DNA of 64,000 bases from assembly GCA_951406725.2 (NCBI GenBank), contig OX597828.1, positions 61,690,001 to 61,754,000 on the forward strand, read 5' to 3'. The position numbers were made by a program, and so were the translations under genes. This stretch comes from Octopus vulgaris. Taxonomy: Eukaryota. The notes under the pieces were generated by a model. The model did not search any database and was not told the DNA's origin. It saw only the letters and a list, made by a program, of their open reading frames with translations. Every line of letters starts with the position of its first letter. The first letter of the stretch is position 1. This document shows, one piece after another, positions 56,715 to 64,000 of the stretch.

Positions 56715-57713
56715 CATATATATATGACAGGCTTCTTTCAGTTTCCGTATACCAAATCCACTCACAAGGCTTCGGTCGGCCCAATGCTATAGTAGAAGAC
56801 ACTTGCCCAAGGTGCACCACATTTTATTGGTGCGATAAAAGTATTTATAATTTTATGTTTATATCTACTTCTATCGATAGGTCAGGTCACGCATTTTTTA
56901 AAATACAGACATACGTAGAGTTGTCAATGTCTAAAGATACAAAAGATTATTCTGTGATTATTAATTATTTATGTATGTATGTACATATATGTTTCTCCGT
57001 TTTCTCTCTTCTCTCTACTGATTTCTTTCCTCTTTCCTTTCTATAGAACAGTGTAGGTTCGAAACGTCAAAGACACTTCCTGTTACAGCCGAATCTTTGG
57101 AGGTGAGATACGTTGAATGCACTCCCAAAAAACCTATGGAAAAAATTATTTCACAACGAGTTTATGAACGGTTCTTTTACGAAATATTTAGGACATTTTC
57201 AAAGTCATTTTCGCTTTAAAATATTCTCTAAATGTGCAAAAAAGAAGACAATTTTTGTAACGTCGTTCACTTGAAAATAATTTAAAAAAACATAAAAATA
57301 TTGTGTGTTTAAAAAAGCTAAAATATACTTACAAACAACTTACATTTCTGAAATCACATTCACTTAAAAATATTTCTGAATGATTAAAATATTGTGTTTA
57401 ACAAAAGCGAAAATAGAAACATTTACTGTAAAAAAACAAATCGTATTTTTTCGTTGTCAAATCACTGTGTCTAATCGAATAGTGAGTTTCTTCCCTTTCA
57501 GGATGAAGTTATATAGGGAACATTTTCCCATTATGCACCATTTGGGGTATTTTTACCCGAATATTTCAATAACTTCTCTGATTTACGTGAAACATGTTTC
57601 ATTCCGTTCATATTAACATTTGAGGGTAAACTTAATTCATAGTATTTTCCATGATGCGCCAGTTTGGTTGTGAAACATTGCAAGCAAGCAAGAATCGAAC
57701 TTCACTTTTATTA

Positions 57714-57771
<58 letters not shown>

Positions 57772-58279
57772 AAACGTTGGTGTCTGGCTTTAACTGCTCT
57801 GTTTCCTTCTCTGTTTTTATATATATATTTATGTAATTTGCTGCTATCGGCCCAGCAACAGATTAGAAAGCGTGTTTGAATCTGGTGAAGAAGTATGTTT
57901 CTTCTCTCTCTCTCTTACTTTATCTTGTATACTGAATACCTTGGGTTACGAATTGATGTGAATAAGAGAAGGTAAATATATTTTATAGTTATTTATATTT
58001 TTCTTAAAATACGGTATATACAGCTGAAGATCGGAACATGTGCTTCTAAATTAAATTAATTTTTTTTTAAATTGATTCATTTAGTTTGTACATTAATCGT
58101 GAAACTAGTTTTGTATTGACCACACTAATTAATAAAATAGACATCATTTATTCTGCCCGCCTTACACCATTTTTTACCAAGGAGAAAGGTCCGTTTGTTT
58201 TTATTTTACTCTTATTTAAAAAAAAACAACGGCCATTCAACACATTGGAGTTTGGCTTTAACTGCTCTTTGTCCCTCTC

Positions 58280-58315
<36 letters not shown>

Positions 58316-58488
58316 GGACGCAGGCGTGGCTATACGGTAAGAAGATTGCTTCCCATCCACATGCTTCCCGGTTCAGTCCAAATGTGTGACATCTTGGGTA
58401 AATATCTTCTACTATAGCCTCGGGCCGACTAAAGGATTGTGAGCGGATGCAACAGAAGGAAACTGAATAAAGCCGTCGCGTGTGTGCG

Positions 58489-58519
<31 letters not shown>

Positions 58520-58699
58520 CTATGTGTATGTGTGAGTGTTTGTCCCTCACTAGTGTTTGACAACCGGTGTTGTTGCATTTACGTCCCCGTAACTTAATGA
58601 TTCGGCAAGGGAGACGGATGGAATAAGTACAAGGCTTAACAAAAATAACTAATAGGGTTGATTGATTAATTCCTCAAAACATTTTTCAGTTTAATGACC

Positions 58700-59044
58700 G
58701 CAGTTTAATGAAGGGCAAAGTCGACCTCGTCGGAAGTTGAACTCAGAAGGTACAGACAAGCGAATAGCTGCTAAGCATTTTGCACGGTTGCCAACGATTC
58801 TCCCACCTCACTGCCTGAACAACAATAATAATAATAATAACAATCCTTTCTACAATAGGCACAAGGCCTGAAATTTCGGGGGAAGAGGTAAGTCGATGAC
58901 TTTGACCCCAGCGCGTAGCTGGTACTTAATTTATCGACCCCGAAAGGATTAAAGGCAAAGTCGACCTCGGCGGAATTTGAACTCAGAACGTAACGGTAGA
59001 AGAAATACCGCTGAGCATTTCGCCCGGCGTGCCAGCTCGCCGCC
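58700..59044 (-). mobile_element. Two OK-type SINE copies
   Basis: Reverse-complement matches; the best copy is 58843-59044. Confidence 0.85.
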
Positions 59045-59071
59045 ATAATTATAATAATAATTATTATTATG

Positions 59072-59194
<123 letters not shown>

Positions 59195-59199
59195 ACAAT

Positions 59200-62100
59200 C
59201 TTCTTTTTATTAGCCACAATGGCCGAACACAAAGCACACGGACGATAAAATACAAGGGACACGAGGGGATTAGCACAAAAATTCATGTATGCAATAAAGC
59301 AATAAAAACAATAACAATTAACAAGAAAAAAATAATCAACAAAATTCCCGAAAAGTGGGTAGTTCCACCCAGGGACAACTAAGAAATTCCACACATCCTG
59401 GTCACCTTAGGCAGACACCTCTCTCCTTCCCAAACCTTCCGGCTCATTCGCACGGGCCATCCTCGCTGCATTCACCCACCTGTCAACAAAAAATACTAGG
59501 GTGCTGCGCTTATCTCTATACCTTCACTTACCTTTTCAAAGGAAATTTGAAAATGTCGATAAGGGCTTGGCCGAAGAGGAAAGTATCCATCTTCAGTCCT
59601 TTCAACCTCGTCCATCACACTCTGTCTTTCGCCATAGCCATCAGAGGAAAACTGCCTTTCCTTCCCGGCCAAAAGAATGCGGCGGGGCGAGCCTAATGAC
59701 TTGGCTGGTAACCAGATCCGTCCTAAGTGCGTCAACAGCTGTTCGACAAAGCTCCACAAGTCAGCAATGCCCGGACACTGGACGAGTGCATGGAGAACGG
59801 TTTCATCTAACGGCGTAGATGTCGGATACGTCCGTCTGACACTTCTGTGCCTGTAGAGCTTGTCTCGAACCAGCAGAGTTCCCCCGGTAACACTGCAGAG
59901 CCAGGGATTTCGGAAAATTACACTTGAGCTCCGGCCTGAAAGTCCTACGGAACTGACCATCCAGTTGTTTCTCCTCAAGGCCCAGAGTCTCCCTGAGAAT
60001 GTCGCCGCACTTGCCCGCCTCTAACCCTCCATACAACGCTAAAGCGGAACTTCCATCGACCGCATTGCCCGACTGACAGAGGACTGTGAGCAACTGATGA
60101 CACTTTAGGTGCAAAGCGACCTACCTCGGTCTACGCTGGGTCCAGGACAGCAATCAAAGAGAAGAACTGCAGAAGACGAGTCTGACAAACGACGATCAGG
60201 AGGAAGCGCTGGAGATTTGATCGCCTCAGAGCATGTACGCGCATCAGCAGCGACAACACGCCCTGTCCTCTACTTAGCAGGTGTTGCCAACAAAAGGAGC
60301 GCCTGGTCAGCGATACGTGTCTTTTCCACAGAAAGCGAAAAAGTATGCGTTCCAGTTTTGTCAGACGTAAACTGAGGCACGGTCCATTTGTAGGTGAAAT
60401 AAGCGAGCCTGTTCGTCACTTCGTCCCAGTTCTTCACCTGGAGACCATCAAAATTAAGCGACATTTTCCCCGTGGACCCCATAATTGCATCTTATGTTTC
60501 CACGGCTGTTATCGGCCTTTCGCAACGACCCACCGCCCTTGCTGAAAGTCGTAGTATGCCATCGCGGTAGGCACTGATGTCCATCCTTCTTTCCAGATTA
60601 CCAGTCGACCTAAACACTTGAGTAGCATGTACCTAGTTTGGTCCACTAAAGACCGATCTGTGGCTTTGTTGCCATGTTGTACCTCTGCTATTCAAGCCAA
60701 TCGGGCGACTTTTTCTCCTCGTTTCTTAGAGCATGCACCTTAGCTCTGACAATGCATCCTTCATGCTTGATGTTGAAGAATTCATGCTGGGCCAATCTTG
60801 CTGAGAGCATGTCGGTTATGATACCTTTCCTAAACGCTTCTTCTAAATTTCTAAGTTTCCCTCTGTTCTATTTCTTTCTATACTAATACCTTACTAAACG
60901 AAAAGGATTCTACTCTAATTGCCCTTTACAGGGTAAGCAACCATTTTTTGTAGAGAGTTGACCCGTCTATGCTTTCTTAACTGATTCTTTAATCAAGTCT
61001 CTGCATTCGGCTTCTAGTAACCGGATCCCTGCCTACGAAGCCTATCTGGATCGACCGTGCAGATCACAAACGATTTTAAAAAGTGAACAACTTATGCCAT
61101 CCTTATCTACTGGCCTACAGACTATTTTAATGATCTGATGAGGTTCGTCGATGTCCACATTAGCACATTTGGGAAATCCAATCGCTAGCTTTGAGACAAA
61201 TGAAAAGGTCTAAGCAGGTTTGCGAGGCTTTTGCACCCTAGTCCCACACAATTTAAACGTGCGTCCTAGATGTTTCCAGAAAACCTTCCAGACGTCTGAA
61301 GAAATCTGGCAGTCCTGCCCCTGTCGGAGCATAAACAACGACCAATCCGGAAGTACCTTGTTGCCTCTGTTCACGTCCGGGACCACCAAATTACTTTCTG
61401 GGTCCAAAAAGATGGCTATTATATTGAGATCTAGGACTTTCTGGAACAAACCGCAATTCTACACCCCACCTTATTCCCGGTTGACATAGAGATAAGTAAA
61501 TCACGTATCGACCGAAAATGTTCATGAATGTATATTGATTGGAAAGTTTGGTTTCACTGATAGCCACGACTCATTGACATGAGTTCATTGATTATGTGGC
61601 CCTGTTTCCAAGGGGACCCTTGGCAGCTTACATTTATATTGCCTATTCTGAGAAAGATCATGTTTGTAAGAGAGAAGGAAAGTGAAACGAATCACATACT
61701 GTTTCTGTGGAGAAACGGATGTCCTTTTCTCTTTATTTGTAGGTGTCTCCACTTGCATTTTTTGTAGCGTGTTTTGTTCATGACCCAACAGAAATCTCCC
61801 GTTCCTTGGGGATATCTTGCTTTCAGTTTGTTGAACGTTTGTTGCATTGCTTTTATAACTTTTATGCGAATAGGGGTGCTATGCGGAGGTTCGATATATT
61901 CATTTAGAGTAAAGTCTGTGTATCTCTAACTACATTTTATTAAGCTCATGTTGTTTGTGTCTTTGGCTATGTAATTGTTGATGCTTTGAAAATGTAGCGC
62001 ATGTTGTTGGTTTGGATTGTTATGCGTTTTCGTTTGTTGAGATGTTTGTGATGTTGGTGGTTTTTCTAGTGTTGGAGATGTTTGTAGTTTATGTTGGTGT

Positions 62101-63600
62101 AGGATGTATGGTGTGTGCTGGTTTGTTGGCTTCCATTTCTCCTCCTCTAATATATTTATTTTTAGTCTTTTACAACACTTTTCATTTTGTAATTTTTTTC
62201 TTTCCCTTTCATCAAAATCCATTCTGGTAGTTTTCTCAACATGTTTTACTTGCTAGAAGAGTTTTCATTGAAGGAGAAATCTGTGGCCGGGGTAAAAATT
62301 ATGTCTGCACAGTCACGTATTTCCAAGTTGATGGTCTGATCGACTGGTGTGGTTGAGGCTTCTTTCGGTTGCAATGGGGGAAGATGACGCTATTTTCTTT
62401 CTCGGTGTTGGTACCGGTACTTGTTGCTGATGTTGTAGAATGGATCTCTCCAGCTGCTCTTTCTGTTTATGCTGATGCTCTTGGCACTGATGCTGGTGGA
62501 GATGCTGTTGCTTCTGCCGTTGCTTTTGATGTTGTTGCTGTTGCCGCTGCTGTTATGTTAGAAATGTCTGCAATAGCAGGGGTCTTCCTTTGCTTTTCAT
62601 AGGGCAGAAAGCGTTTACGTGGTTTGTTTCGTCACAAATGTAGAATCTCAGTGTTCTGCCCTCGGCTGATACGAATAGCTGTGTACCGTAAGGGAGGATG
62701 ATCAAATCAGGGATAACTTCGATACTTCCTCAATTGAATCAATAATTCCATTCCTGTGCCTGGCCAATTTTTCTTTTCCCATTTTATACACTTGGAGAAT
62801 TGTTGTATTCTTTATACGTTGCGACCAGCCAAGAGATGTTCACTTCTGAGTGGTACCTCTGCTGCCTTTGTTTTCACCACTCTCCGACTGAGATATGTCG
62901 GAATTAATCACAATTCCTCACTTTTGAGGGTGTCATTTCTCTTTCTTTGGCTTTTTTTTCTGTTGGGAATCTCGCTTCAACTGTGACAAAGCGTCTCCAC
63001 GGTGATATACGTTTTTATCCCACAGACTGATCTTAGGCATTTTTCAATCTGGACCTGCGCCGTCAGCTCCAGACTCATCCAGTTTTTTGATGAAATAAAC
63101 TTGTTGATACCAGTTTTTTTTCTTGTATATTCTTGCATTTCCTTTGAAATGTTTCGAAATATTGTTCTCTTTGATGTCACTTAACGTTTTCCTGACACGT
63201 CAACTTTCTCCAGTCGGTGACACGCTAGTGCAAGACCCATTGTATTGATGTATGTGTCGGTGGATTTGCTGTTTTTACTGGTGGTGTTGGTGGAGGTGGC
63301 AATGTTCTTGCTAATGTTGGTGTTGCGTTGAGCTGACATTGTTCTCTTTTGCAGTTCCTGTGATGGTAGGGCTGAAATTTTTAGCAGCGGAAAATTAGCT
63401 TCGTAGTTCCCTCGTGTTGTTGTTGTTGTTGTTGCTGCTGCTCTTGTTGCCTTGTTGTTGTTGTTACCACCGCTGCTGTTATCGTTGATTTTCACAATGT
63501 CGCTGTTCTGTTATGCGGATTGTTGATTCTCTTTTTCAGCGGACGAATGATCCTCGTCCGTCATCTTTCAGTTTTTAAACAAACATTGAGGGGCGGGTTT
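59200..63600 (-). mobile_element. Decayed L1/Tx1-clade LINE (ORF1 region, APE remnant, C-terminal zinc-binding region, 3' UTR with AATAAA)
   Basis: LALQCYRG/LLVRDKLYRH...ETVLHALVQCPGIADLWSFVEQLL; DGLQVKNWDEVTNRL...KW; FQKVLDLNIIAIFLDPESNLVVPDV. No RT core was recognised and the 5' boundary is approximate. Confidence 0.75.
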
Positions 63601-63799
63601 GCAAAACAAACCAAAATTTAACCTACAAAGGCTACGGATGGAGAAAACTAACCAGCTCCCAATGGTTCTGGTTAGTTTTTTTCTACAAAACGATAACAAA
63701 TGTTCAATATATAACTTTGTGTAACGGTAGAAACAATAGCAAACTTACGGAAACGAAGTACAATACGTGTCGATAAAGGAACAAACAAAATAAAAATAA

Positions 63800-64000
63800 T
63801 ATTGGTTTCAAATTGTGGCACAAGGACAGCAATTTCGGGGAGGGGGTAAGTCAATTACATCAACCCCAGTGCTTAATTAGTGCTTATTTTACTGACCTCG
63901 AGAGGAGGAAACCTCAGTGGAATTTGAACTCAGAACGCGAAGACGGACGAAATGCCGCTAAGCATTTTGTCTGACCTGCTAACGATTTTGCCAGCTCACC
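63800..64000 (-). mobile_element. OK-type SINE
   Basis: Reverse complement begins ggtgagctggcaaaatcgttagcagg...gttctgagttcaaattcc. Confidence 0.8.

Overview
Eukaryotic, very AT-rich, microsatellite-saturated DNA. The SINE families point to an octopod cephalopod (Octopus sp.), which is an inference from recognised SINE sequences. Almost all ORFs in the supplied track are translations of (TA)n, (CA)n, (TACA)n, (TAGA)n or (TTA)n tracts and are not genes. The only convincing host-gene signal is a minus-strand first exon at 49871-49932. It encodes a signal peptide ending in SW-W, with a phase-2 GT donor inside the second Trp codon, which is the hallmark of Wnt ligands. It has an Inr and GA-repeat promoter candidate near 50244, and no Wnt exon 2 was found, so positions 1-49870 are probably one very long first intron. 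The rest is transposon debris: Penelope-like (GIY-YIG, Naiad-type) fragments, RTE, CR1/Jockey-type, R4/Dong and L1/Tx1 LINE remnants, Tc1 and mariner remnants, MITEs and three tRNA-derived SINE families. Three signals stand out. (i) At least 15 type I hammerhead-ribozyme motifs from several families sit in short modules inserted in (TA)n tracts, often with fold-back inverted repeats; a few have intact cores and two form a 301-nt tandem, retrozyme-like pair. (ii) A Naiad-type endonuclease fragment has an in-frame TGA exactly at the first Cys of its CxxC motif, followed by a SECIS-like hairpin, making it a candidate relic of a selenoprotein-encoding retroelement. (iii) There is a clean 21-nt microexon-like signal on the + strand. 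All structures were read by eye and none were computed.
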